From contig OZ025799.1 in the NCBI GenBank assembly GCA_964019425.1, forward strand, positions 248,001 to 312,000: DNA of 64,000 nucleotides, written 5' to 3'. Each line of letters begins with the position of its first letter. The first letter of the stretch is position 1. The position numbers and the translations under genes were made by a program. The notes below the pieces were generated by a model. That model was not told where the DNA came from. It was given only the letters and a program-made list of their open reading frames with translations, and did no database searches. The stretch comes from Flectonema sp. DT1601 (taxonomy: Eukaryota). Shown here piece by piece: positions 1-11,635 of this stretch.

Positions 1-721
1 CAGAATTAAGTAAGAAACAAGCCGGATCCATTTTGGACAAGTCACTTGGGATCTCCCTACAAGCAGGGTGATTGCTTTGATAAACAAAATCATATTGCAA
101 TGCGTTCTTAAAGAATGGTAACGGATCTTGCTTAAAAACACAGTCAGCATCGATAATAATAACGTCAGCACCTGCTTCTAGAAATGCTATGAGGGCATCA
201 ACTTTTTGACATCCCATAATGTTAAATCTGTTGCTGTTAAGCTTTATTTGCTCTGTAGTTTCAATACCAGGAAGTTGTATTGATTTAGCGGGTCCCATAA
301 ACTGAGTTGCATTGTAGTCGAATGCGAGAACCATGAAATCCAATCCATGTTTTTGAGCATGGCATTTCCAATTATCAAACATTTCTTCATAAGCATTATT
401 CACCATTGTGACTAATATAATGTTCTTCAATTCTGGATGAAGGGTCTTGTCTTTGTATAGCCCTGCACTGTTTTTCCACTTCTCCCTCACCTCATCTTCG
501 AAGCTCATTTTCGTTTCTGTTTTCATACGCGGGACAGCAACACTCGTCGTATTTGTATTTTGATATTTTTTCAGCTCTGCTTCATACTTATCGTCCTCTC
601 TTTTTGCAATAGCGTTTAATAAGTCTCGTCGTTGTTGGTGGCAGTCGTCTTTGTGAATTAAAATCATCACTAAAATGGTGACGACGATGACATACAACAC
701 CTTTGGAGTAGTGGAGATCAT
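1..721 (-). CDS. Nucleotide-diphospho-sugar transferase (GT77-like) type II membrane glycosyltransferase, 3'-partial
   Basis: Manual translation from ATG at 721 is open to the window edge: MISTTPKVLYVIVVTILVMILIH (TM anchor)...LVTMVNNAYEEMFDNW...VIIIDADCVFKQDPLPFF (DxD motif)...CFLLNS(G). Upstream TTTTCCTTAACAG acceptor-like site. Confidence 0.8.
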   Translation of the reverse strand, partial: MISTTPKVLYVIVVTILVMILIHKDDCHQQRRDLLNAIAKREDDKYEAELKKYQNTNTTSVAVPRMKTETKMSFEDEVREKWKNSAGLYKDKTLHPELKNIILVTMVNNAYEEMFDNWKCHAQKHGLDFMVLAFDYNATQFMGPAKSIQLPGIETTEQIKLNSNRFNIMGCQKVDALIAFLEAGADVIIIDADCVFKQDPLPFFKNALQYDFVYQSNHPACREIPSDLSKMDPACFLLNS

Positions 722-3665
722 TTGTACTCCTTCACCTGTTAAGGAAAACTAAATAAGTGTTCTAACGGTAATTGCACACGATGCCTTTCAATACCCTCCT
801 CCTAGTTGTTACATAACTCCAAGACAAATCCTGTTTAAAAATAAAACAATGACACTTCTAAATAAGGATGACACAAACTGAGAGAAGAGTGTTCTTATTG
901 GGATATGCTTACCAACGTACATACCCATACCCCAGGGTTGGGGTTGGGTTATTCGTGTTTTTCTAGGTGCTATATTTCTGTTCCTTCTTTTTTTTTTTAA
1001 ATGTTCCTACTTCTGTGGCTTCGAAAAGGCTAAAACCCCACCACATATGAATGTTTGATGTATTCTCGCTGTGCGTCTATGGCGACGTGGTGAGTGTACG
1101 CTTTTGCAAGATTGTGATGGCAGTTTGGGTTTTCTCTACCTAAAAGGGTTAGTTCACATTTGAAAGTTCCATTGCTTTTTATTTTGTTTTCTTTCTTGAA
1201 TGATCACTTTTAATTTATTATAAAGTAGACAATCAAAAAGTGGACAGCAAACATATGTTCTGCTACTCGTTAGCGATTGCTATAAACATCGGTAAACTGT
1301 AGTTTGAACGCTGAACACATGCTATATATTTCTCTCAATTATCAGAGAAAAAAAAGGTTCAGAAGCTAAGCTTGATTTATCCTTTCAAGATATAAGTTTG
1401 CTTGGTCGCTTTTTTTTTTTAATTTGATGAAAAAAAAAAAGAGAAGAAAAAAAATATCTTTCGGAATCAGTTTCGTATCTGACTTGCGTAGTTGTGTTTG
1501 CAAAAAAAAAAAAAAAAAAAAGGGAAAATGGAAGAAAATCGGATTTCATAGAGAGACTTTTTTTTTTTTGTTTTTTTTTGTTTTTTTTTCCCCGAACAGA
1601 TCTTTTTTTGTACTGCAGCTGGAATTAATCAGCGAGAACTTTGTTGGCATCATGGCTGAGAGAGAATGCATCAATCACAGTTTGACATAAATAAGACTGA
1701 GCCAAGTATTCAATAACATACGGTATTCCATCAGTCAAACTGCGAGCATAAATAATAAAAATAGCTGCTAGGAAAGTCTCACAGGGGTTACGAAATGAGG
1801 AATGAAATCGTTTTTAGCGATTGAGATGTTGTTAAAGGAGCACTGCGTGAATTTTTAAGAGAGGGGTTGTACTAATTATTACCGGTTTGAGAAAGTTTCC
1901 ACCGTGTTCCGGCAAGACGTACAGAATAATTTACAATTTATTATAAGAATTCGAGTCGTTGTTTTTAAAAAAAAAAAAAAAAAAAAAAAAGGAACATTCG
2001 CTACGTAATAAACAATAGGGAGAATGCTTGGACAAACATCACAAAAAACGGATTATTAACTTTTGGAGTGTTTCCTGAGGTGTCTACCTCGGAAAGTGCG
2101 AGTATGGACCATCACACCAATATGTAAGAATGAATAATAATAAAAAAGGGACTTCTCAGGCCCAACCACATTTCCGCCGTTGGCCTTTATTTACAGAACA
2201 TGCACATAGCGATTGGCTATAACTCTTTCATATTAACAAGTTGTAACTTTTTTTTTCGATTGCATGTCAGAAGGAAGTATTTAACTCCAATCATTTCTAC
2301 TGACAAAAAAAGGACGTTGAAATAATGGACTGAGACCATCATATCCACTGTTGGTTTTTCTGAAATAAAAAAAAAGTGAAAATTTTCCACTTCCACTTAG
2401 TTGTTACTTTAAAAAACAAAAACAAAAAAAAAAAAAAATCCACCGCTTGCGCGGCATATCTAGTGTACCACCAGATTACAAAAAACAAAACAACTGAATT
2501 ACATCATTTTTTTTTTCTGAATTTCTATTTGTCTGAAGGTTGTAAAAAACGAACTTTTTTCAACCGAAATATAATTGAAATTTTCTGTAGCATTCATGAC
2601 CTACTGAAAACAACCATTTTCTACTAAGTATTATATTATATTGCTATAACCTTACGATTCGTTGCTAGCAATCTATTGGTTTAGTCTTTATTTTTTTATT
2701 GAGGGAGAAAGAGGGTGAAATAACAATATAGATACAGGTAACACAAAGACCAATAAATGCGTATCGAAGTCAATCTTAAAAGAGAGCTGCTTGGATTTTT
2801 CAGGAGAGAAGCAAAGAAAAGAAAGAAGAAAAAAAAAGATGATTTTGTCACACCAAGATTCAGCACTGCTTCAAAAATGTCATTCAATCCATGAATGATC
2901 TTCATTTCTTCCTTTTTTTTTTGTTTTGGATGGGGAGGAGAAACGAGAGAGCGAAAAAAAAGAATTCGAGAGCTTCAAAGAAGAGAAATCCTCAAATTGA
3001 ATAGCGCGAATGTCGCTACCAATAATCTGATACAATGAACTGATACTGATCAGTCTACAAGCTGATGAATGAGAAAATCTGTTTACAACACTACATCCCC
3101 TGTCGTCAATAGTCAGAAAGGGGCATAGTTTGATAAAAAGGCAGTGTAAGGGAATTGAACTTGCAAGAACAACGCTGATTACTAAGCTGGATGTGATTTC
3201 CTTTGTTTATTTTTTATAAACTTTTAAGCTTCACGGGAGTATTTATTTATCTATGTAGACTAACCTAGGAAGCCAAAAATCATTTCGATCGATACCAGCC
3301 AACGCGTGAGACTCACAGACGTACTACGCTTGATTCAGTCGCTTAAAAAATAAAAAAAAACTGCAATTTTAAAAAAAGAAAAATACAGAAACAATTACAA
3401 TGCGAAGGAGTGCTCAATTTTCGACCAGCCCTTAATTGAAAAAATATGAATCATTATTAGAGAGCAAATCTACACCGCTAGACTTCCTCGGAAAAGAAAA
3501 GATAACCGAGTCAAGGCTGACGCATATGAAAGCAGTGGTAGTATGAATTTATTGTTTTTAAGAAAAAAAAAAAAAGAAATGTATTTAAGGAAATAAGTGA
3601 ATGATTTAAAAAATATTCAATATCAAAAGCAGTGTTAGTTAGAAACAATAAAAGAGGAGTACTAT

Positions 3666-3702
<37 letters not shown>

Positions 3703-5737
3703 GTTTTTCAGTAACTTATTTGTCAGGAAATAAAAGAAAATGTGACATTAATTACAGTAGCTAGATCAGGTTAATATGCGGGATGAACATCCCTCTTGCC
3801 GTCAATTACAGCAATGTGTTGCCTAGAAAGAAAAGTGGCAACAGTCATAAGCTCCCACGAACGTAAACAAAAGGCAAGCATTATAGTAACCCGTACTAAT
3901 AAAAAAAAAAAAAAAATTAAAAAAAAATGAGGGAAAATACATCAAAAAAAAAAAAAAAAAAGGAAATAAAAAAGAAGAAATATTTCGATATGCTATGAAA
4001 CTGCGATTGCATCGCGCGTTCGTGCACAAAAAAGTTTTTTTTTTTGTTATTTCTTTTTTTGATTCTCTTATTGCTTTGATATGCAAGAATTGTTTGCTAA
4101 TAAAAGTCATGAGACAGAAGTTCACTTGATGATGGTTGCGTTAAGTGTTTTGACACACTTTTTTTTTTTTTCTTTTTCTTGTTTTTTCGAGAATACATTC
4201 TCTACTAGATCCAATAACGTCCCCTGTAAGGATGGAAGACGTATCGTATCCCGAATAACAGCAAGATGCTGATTTTGATTTCCTACTACTTTTTATGTCA
4301 ACAAAATGATTGAAAGGAGAGGGAGAAGAATTGACAATATAATTTTTTTATACCTATTTTTTCCTAATTTAATGATTACGTACTTTTCTCGTGTCAAGAC
4401 ACTTTTACATATGAAGCCGCAAGCTTTGCGAAAAAAAAATAGAAACGACCGGGGGGTGAAACTTTGACAATGTAAAAACAGTAACAACTTTAGGTATTAA
4501 AAATAACATTAATATCAAGTACTTGACTGAAAAAATATTTGTAGTTGTTCATTAAAAGAAAAAGGTACGTTTAGAAAAAAAAAGAAAACATAAAAAAAAG
4601 GGAATTTTTTTTTTTTTTTCTTGTCTTGGTGACCAGAAGACGTTGTCTAACCTGGTAATTCGAGGAAACGACGGGGGGAAAAGAGCTAAAAGCTGCATGC
4701 TGAAAAGTTTTCATTATATGACGATGAAAAAAAGGTATTCACTGTTGCTTACGTTATTTTTGTAAGTGAAAAACATCGCTTGAAAGAATGAAACGATGCA
4801 GAAATAATTCTTTCCATCCCCCCTCACAACCTACAAAGCACGAAAAAAACCAAACAGCGAAATACATGCACGAAAGCACACAGTGCTATTGAATAGTATA
4901 CGTGTTTTTTTATTTTCTTGACTTAAAAAATGACCGGTCAATGCTTTTAAGAATTGACGGTCATTTATTATTGAGGTATGAAAATAGCGCAAAGATACAG
5001 CCGAAAAAGAGCCTAAAAAAAATTAACAATTAATATCGACAATGAAAAGAGTGAAAGGTGTTGCCCGTCCGTAGGAATTCTGTAGATTCGAACCATCTGA
5101 ATATTAAAAAAAAAAAAAAAAAAACTTGGAAGAAGAAGAAAAATAACACCTAAATTTGTGGTAGTGATGATGATGATGATATTTTTTTGTTTTTTTTTTT
5201 TTTTTTTGCATTTAACAAGTATTGTAAGAACGAAAAAGAATGTTGGCAGCACACGTAAACCTCCTTTAGCTTTATCAGTTTAAGTCGGTTCACGGTTTCG
5301 TGCACAAACAAATTTTTGTCAACGAAAAAAGCAGAGTATCCAATATAGTGAAAAAACAGTGAGGCTCTCAGTAACAACAGACATCACAAGCAAAAAAGAC
5401 ATCTCTTTCCAATCAGAACAATATTTAAAAAAATGGTTAGTATAAAAGAAGTACACTACTAATTACAAGTGTCCAGTCTGTGATGTAGGATTCATTTAAT
5501 AGTTTTTAAAAAAATATATACCAGAAAAAAAAAGAAAAAAAAACATAAATCAGTTTCTAAAGTTTAAAAAAATACAAAAAAAAAATCTTATGTTTTTTTG
5601 CAACAAAAACCGTAATAAGGACTAAAACGGATGAAGAGGAGGAGGAAAAAAAAAAAAAAAAAAATGCCGAGACGACGACAATCAGTCAACAGTCCTTTTT
5701 TTTTTTTTTTCCAGCAGAAAGTTTAATAATTGTATAA

Positions 5738-5961
5738 GTTAGTTAGTTAGTTAGCGAGTCCGACATACCATCGAGTACCGGTTAGATAGACACGACAGGG
5801 TGGAACGGTTAACCACCTGTGAGTCCCCAATACTACGACATTATGTCAAACCTAATCCCTGAGAGGATCACTTTTTTAGCTCCAGCGAGGAATTCTAATG
5901 TTCGAGAGACCCGAATTCCTCAATGCTTCGGCCTTGACCGGTTCGCTAGCAAATTAACAGA
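5738..5961 (-). mobile_element. Putative 3' fragment of a non-LTR retroposon/SINE with a (CTAA)n tail
   Basis: (GTTA)4G run at 5738-5754 abuts a GC-richer, hairpin-forming ~200-bp island. GTATAA flanks both sides (5732-5737 and 5962-5967), a possible TSD. Same layout as the LINE 3' end at 31181. Confidence 0.45.
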
Positions 5962-8189
5962 GTATAATTATTAGTAACTTTTTCCCCCGTTTTTTTTTTT
6001 TTTTTTTTTTTTTTTGAAGAACAAGTTTTTTTGACAAGAAGGAAAAGAGAGAAGAATGAATTTCAATTATGGATGAAAGGGAAAAAAAAAAAAAAAAAAA
6101 AAGCACTAAATCTAATCAAAAGGTATCATTTTAATTCTTTTATTATTATTTTTTTTTTTTGCAGAGGGTTTGTAAACGACAAAACTGCTTAAAGGTACTT
6201 TTTTTTTTTATTCCCTTGCAGAAAGAGGTAGCCACAGAACACGAACTATGACGGACACTCTGGAGAAAACCTTTCCGATGTTACTATTTAAAAAGCAACA
6301 CAGTAAGTAAGTAAATTGCGTTATTTTATGTATGTTTTTTTTTTTTCTTTTTTTTCTTTCTTTTAAAATTTTTTTTAGACTGCATGATGTCTCTTCGAGA
6401 CAAACTGACCAAGCAAATGTCCGCTTGGTTTTTAGAGCCAGAGAAACAAGAGGAGAAAAAACAAATTATAACCGGTTTACCAAATTAGAATCTCGTGAAT
6501 TGATTTATTCTTTTTTCTTGTTTTTGATAATAATTCTTGGTTGTGGGGAAGGGATGAAAAAAAAACCCTTTTTTTTGGGGCAAAAACTCCTAATTCCACG
6601 CAAATGTTACTGAAATGTCAGATCTCAACACAAAGGTTTTTGAAAAATATTCCGCTACTGCTCAAGTGGAAGCTGCTTCACAATATCACAACGCAGGTGC
6701 GGCATGAGGACAAAGCGCAAATTTTGTGATGACATCAGTTGAGGCTGAACGAGAATTCTCCGTCCTGAAGTTCCCTACTGCTCCAGTCTGACGATATGGT
6801 GGACAGGAGTTCAGCACTCTCTCGGTCGCGTCAGCCAAGCGGGTGGATATCTTATCAGAATTCTGGCAGCAAACTTGTAGCCTGTAAACCATGTAAACCG
6901 TAGATATATCCTGACAAGATTACAGAGGAAACTTTCGTGTTAAGATCCAAAATTTCACAAACTTTTTATGTGGAATTATAGTTTTTTCTCAATTTTGTTG
7001 TTTTTGATTGCTATTGTTGTTTTGATCAAAAAAAATAAAAATAAAAATAAAAATTCGGACCACCTCAACGCTGATTCAGATCAAAATAAAAGTAGAGATG
7101 AAAAGAAAGTTTTCGTTTTTTTTTTTTTTTTTTTTTTTTTTTTTCTAACCACTGAAAACCTCAGCAGCGAATAATAAAAAAGACTATGTGCCCGCAGATG
7201 TGTAACACCTCACATGAAGAAGCGATAAATACTTCTGCATAGAGAAAAAAAAAAACAAGTAACACACAACTAGATTCCAAACAGAGCCATAATTTGTAGG
7301 CGATAACATTGTTTATATACCCTCCTTTTGAATTCCACATATATGTTTGCATATTATCGATATCGTGATATAAATAAATTAAAAAAAAAAATAAAACATA
7401 ACACTAAGTGAGAAAAAACTAATAAGTACAAGCTCCTGCTTAAGATTGCTCACGGCAACTGTAGAATAGTAATAATTAAAAAAAGAAAGAAAAAAACAGC
7501 TGTTGATCACTACGGCTGTGGTATAAAGACCTTTAATCGACTAACAACACAATGTCACCCACAAGGGAATTGTAATCCCAAAAGAAATAAATAAACACTA
7601 CAGTCACTCTTTCAGTTACAATGAAAACTGGTAAATTAATCCCCAAACAATAACGACACACTTGTTTTAGAACAATAGTTGAGGAAAGTTTTTTTGATAT
7701 TGACAATTACAATTCATAACACAGATTCCCACTATTTCTTTTTTGTAGGGTACAATAAAAGTTTGTAAGTAGCAGTTACACACATCAAGCTATACCACTT
7801 AAGGTCTTGATAAAACATGTCCTTCAGTCTGTAACAACACACTGTCTCATAATTGTCTTGAGGATAACACTAGTCGGTCTTTACACTTTTTTCATTAAGC
7901 AGTTCAGTAGTAACACAGTAAGAGGTATAGGTAATGCACACTAAGGAAAAAAAAAAGCTCACGGCTTGTCAAAAAAAACAACCACAAGACTCTCACTCAC
8001 ACCCAAAAAAAAAAAAAAAAAAAAAAAAAGTTATACACAACGATAACATTAAAATAGAGAGGTTACTGCGCGCATCGTTGGTAAATTAAAAATAACACAA
8101 AATGCTCACTTTTAGAAAAGGAAGCCGTTTTAACGGATCCAGGGGTTGAAAGAAAGAACTAGAGAATACAGTACAGTGTTAATTGTCTC

Positions 8190-8227
<38 letters not shown>

Positions 8228-8805
8228 ACATCTAGACGCATGTAGTTGTACCATCATTTACTAGCAGAGAAGAGTCGTTCATCTTCCAAAACGAACATTA
8301 GTTTCAACACAAATACTTTCAGTTAGACAAAAAAAAAAACTATAAAAACGTTCACCAAACGCCAGGTGCTCAGAGCTGAAAGCTGCTAGTTACTACCGCA
8401 GGGTACTTCTCTTTAAGAAATGGCAGCTTGAAAAATCCAAATTATGCAGTCAACAATATATATTTTTTTAAATTCATTCATTAATAAGGTGCTAAAGAAC
8501 AACACTAACTATATTAGATTACAGAACTGTTGTTGGGCTGTCCTGTAGCGGCAACTCGCAAGGTAAAATGCTACTCGCTGGTATCAGTCGGTTGCGATAC
8601 AGAAGTATTTTTCAGAGGCAATTTAAGCGAGGGTTTTATATAACAAAACCATTCTCGACTACTGTAAATCATGATATAATAAAAAAAAAAAAAAAAAAGG
8701 GAAAAAAAACTTCTGAATATGCTCGCAGTATATCGATGTATTAATGGTTGCTCTGCTCAAAGAATAATAAAAGCAGGCAATTCAAAAAAAAAAACGAGGG
8801 TTCGT

Positions 8806-8843
<38 letters not shown>

Positions 8844-8952
8844 TAAACTTTCCTTTTGCAATTTTTATAATATTAAAATAAGACTTCTCACAAAAAGAAT
8901 TGAAACTTTCGCATTTATTTATTTTTTTTTAGATACAAAATTTACAGAAGTC

Positions 8953-9279
8953 GAGCCTGAGAAAAAACTCAGTTCTCACTATATTTAAGTTGGTGCGACC
9001 AGACGTATTCGATCGTGCCATAGCATAATGCACCACTGGAGGAGGCTATATTACAGAACAGATAGAGCCTGAGAAAAAACTCAGTTCTCGCAATGTACAT
9101 ATTTAAGTTGGTACGGTATGATGTTCAAAGCTACATCAATTAACGTACGGCACCTGTCTGTAACTATTGGGGAAAACGAAGAAAGGGGAAAAAAAAAAAA
9201 AAAGGGAAGAAAAAAAAAACACCAGCAATAAAGATACAATGATGTCGAACTGAAGAGCCTGAGAAAAAACTCAGTTCTC
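8953..9279. repeat. Three copies of a 25-bp hairpin-forming repeat GAGCCTGAGAAAAAACTCAGTTCTC
   Basis: Exact copies at 8953-8977, 9065-9089 and 9255-9279, each with an internal CTGAG/CTCAG stem and an A6 loop. ATATTTAAGTTGGT follows copies 1 and 2. Confidence 0.9.
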
Positions 9280-10833
9280 GCGCTAGTCCATTAATTATAA
9301 AGATCTGTTGGATGTTTGTTTTTTCTTTTTTCCCCCCTTTTTTTTTTTTTTTCTTTTTTTTTTTTCTTCGCTACTCGATTCGGGAAAAAACAAAAATAAT
9401 TTTAAAAAATTAAAAAATTTATAAAAAAAAAAAAACCATGGAAGCTAAAATAACGAATTCTCACTAACGTCAAACACGGTTGATAGACCCAGTTCTGATC
9501 TTGTCTTTAAGCTGACAGGTCCATGTTAAAAAGGGTTCCTCGTATAAACATTTAATAACCATTATCGCATTGAAAACAACCTTAGTATGAAAATACTGTA
9601 TTCTTCTTTGTTTTTTTTTTGTTTTTTTTTTTTTGGGAGAATTCTAAGGGAAATAGAGATAATTAACAATTTTTTTTTAGGGAACTCGCACTTGAAATTG
9701 AAATTTCGAGGTCGTCAATTTTTTTTTTTTATTTTTTTTTTTTCGGTTACGACACCAGAATTGAGAAAAGTTCTTCTGCTGGCGTACTAATAACGCTTTC
9801 CCAGAGAACGTCTTTCCTTTTTTTTCTTTTATTATTAAGTGCTGTTGACTGTATGGTTACTACATTCTTATTTGAATTGGGAGAACGAAAAAAATCTTCT
9901 CCACATGTAAGTAACTAGATTTCTTTTTTTTTAAATAACAGTAATGCTTTTTTTTTTTTTTTTTTTTTTTTCCTTTTTCCTTTTTCCTTTTTTTTTCTTT
10001 TCTTCTTGATCAAATGAGCTGGTATAGCGAAAGGGGGTGCATCCGTCAACAATTTTTTTGTTTTGTTTTTGTTTTTAAACGCGTAAAAAAATTCCCCTTT
10101 CCCCAAAATAAAAAAAAAATAAAAAGAGAATGAAAACACACCACGTACAACAACATGGGTAGCAACACGATATACACGTTAGAAAAAACTAATAAACCTT
10201 AACAACAAAAGAACAAAAATTAACAAAATTGGTAATAAATATGTATAAGAAAAAAGTAGAAAAAAAAATGAGCAGGTAAAAGATAGTGTTGCCTTGGTAT
10301 ACAAGGTTATAGACAACAAAAAAAAAAAAAAAAAAAAAAAATCCATATTACCGTGTCTTGTAGCCTTAAAATGATCATAGCCGACACGTATTGGAACAAC
10401 ACTTCTTATCACTGGTTGATTTATTATTTTCATTATTTTTCTTCAAAATCCTCACCTATGCCACAGTGACGTGAATAAAGAATGTCAGTATTCAAAATAG
10501 AAAATAATAATAAAAATTGAGAATACGTATGTAATTGATGAATTGCAGTAAAACACTTAACCACATCAATGTTTCTTTGAGCGTAGCTTTGTTAATAATA
10601 TTATTTAGAAAATAATACAAAAAAGTCCTAATCTCATCAAACTAATCATCGCAGAAGTCACTACGTAACTACAACAGAGAGAATGATGAATTGCACGTCA
10701 AACTACAAAAATTTATAGTGGAAAGAAAAGTGACAGCTGAAGTGCTGGGAAAGGTATCTTTCGGATTTCCTCTTTTTTTTTTTTTTTTTGAAGTGAATTT
10801 AGTTAAGAGATTGCAAAGTGTGTTTTTCAGTTA

Positions 10834-11199
10834 TTATTCTTCGTCGCTATCGCTGTCAGAATCGTCAGAGAATTCATCGTCACTCATATTGTGTTGAAGT
10901 CTCTCAATTAGAATCCTTTGTTGTTCAATAACTTTATCCTTACCGGCATAGAACTGTCTCATTGCCGCAGCTTCCATGTTGAGTCTTGCGATCTTCTGTG
11001 CCATTACAGCTACCTCATTCTCAAGACCTTTTGTATAGTTTTCATTTTGTGAACTGGCGTCGCTAACAAAGTCAGAAGAACAGACGCTCACATTTCCAAC
11101 AGAGTCTCTGCTTCCTACAGATACTGCTGCCTGTCCGAAATGCGATTCAATACCTTGTTCAGCTGCGAGCTGCTTCTTTCTGTTAAGAAGTCCCCACAT
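10834..11199 (-). CDS. Hypothetical protein, 121 aa, coiled coil with acidic C-terminal tail
   Basis: Protein-like composition without homopolymer-derived runs; heptad-like LENEVAVMAQKIARLNME; DDEFSDDSDSDSDEE tail; same strand as all other genes. Confidence 0.7.
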   Translation of the reverse strand: MWGLLNRKKQLAAEQGIESHFGQAAVSVGSRDSVGNVSVCSSDFVSDASSQNENYTKGLENEVAVMAQKIARLNMEAAAMRQFYAGKDKVIEQQRILIERLQHNMSDDEFSDDSDSDSDEE

Positions 11200-11635
11200 T
11201 GTTTTTAAAGGTTTGTAATTTCCTTTTCTATTTACGTGGAAAGAAATAAATTAATACTCAAAACTACTTATTTCATGAAAAAAAAAATACGTTCTTTTGT
11301 ACTGAGAAAAGACAATAAAGTATAAATTATGTGTCAATAATAAATATTATTTTTAGTTGCTAATTAATCAAAATTCCAGAATATTAACGATGGGGGAAGT
11401 GGAAAAGGGGAAGGTCTGGTATTTTCAACCAGAATTTCTTCTTTGTGTTGGTATCCCAAACAGTAGGAAGAGAACGATACTTTTTTTTATTTATGTACAC
11501 GTTTCAGGAGGTAGAAACGATTCGCTCTTCAGGTAATAGAGATTTACCCATGTTAGGTTAGCAAGAACTATGTCTTATTGCTTTATTCTAATTTTTTCTT
11601 TTTTTTTTCAGCAAACATTACGCTGCCGCTAATAT

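Noticed and set aside
935..950. GGGTTGGGGTTGGGTT telomere-like or G-quadruplex-like run
   Set aside because: Only three G-tracts, not TTAGGG units, and too short.
8953..9279. CRISPR-like repeat-spacer reading of the 25-bp palindromic repeats
   Set aside because: Only three copies, spacers of 87 and 165 bp, no cas genes, and a eukaryotic context.
1424..10433. Numerous 60-100 aa ORFs rich in poly-Phe/poly-Lys (also at 23420-30433, 33896-36814 and 44464-47541)
   Set aside because: They are translations of poly(T)/poly(A) tracts with no protein-like motifs, and many use non-ATG starts.
11313..11322. TACTTTATTG on the minus strand, resembling the 3' end of euglenozoan spliced leaders
   Set aside because: Only 10 AT-rich nucleotides match, the rest of an SL exon is absent, and chance is a sufficient explanation.
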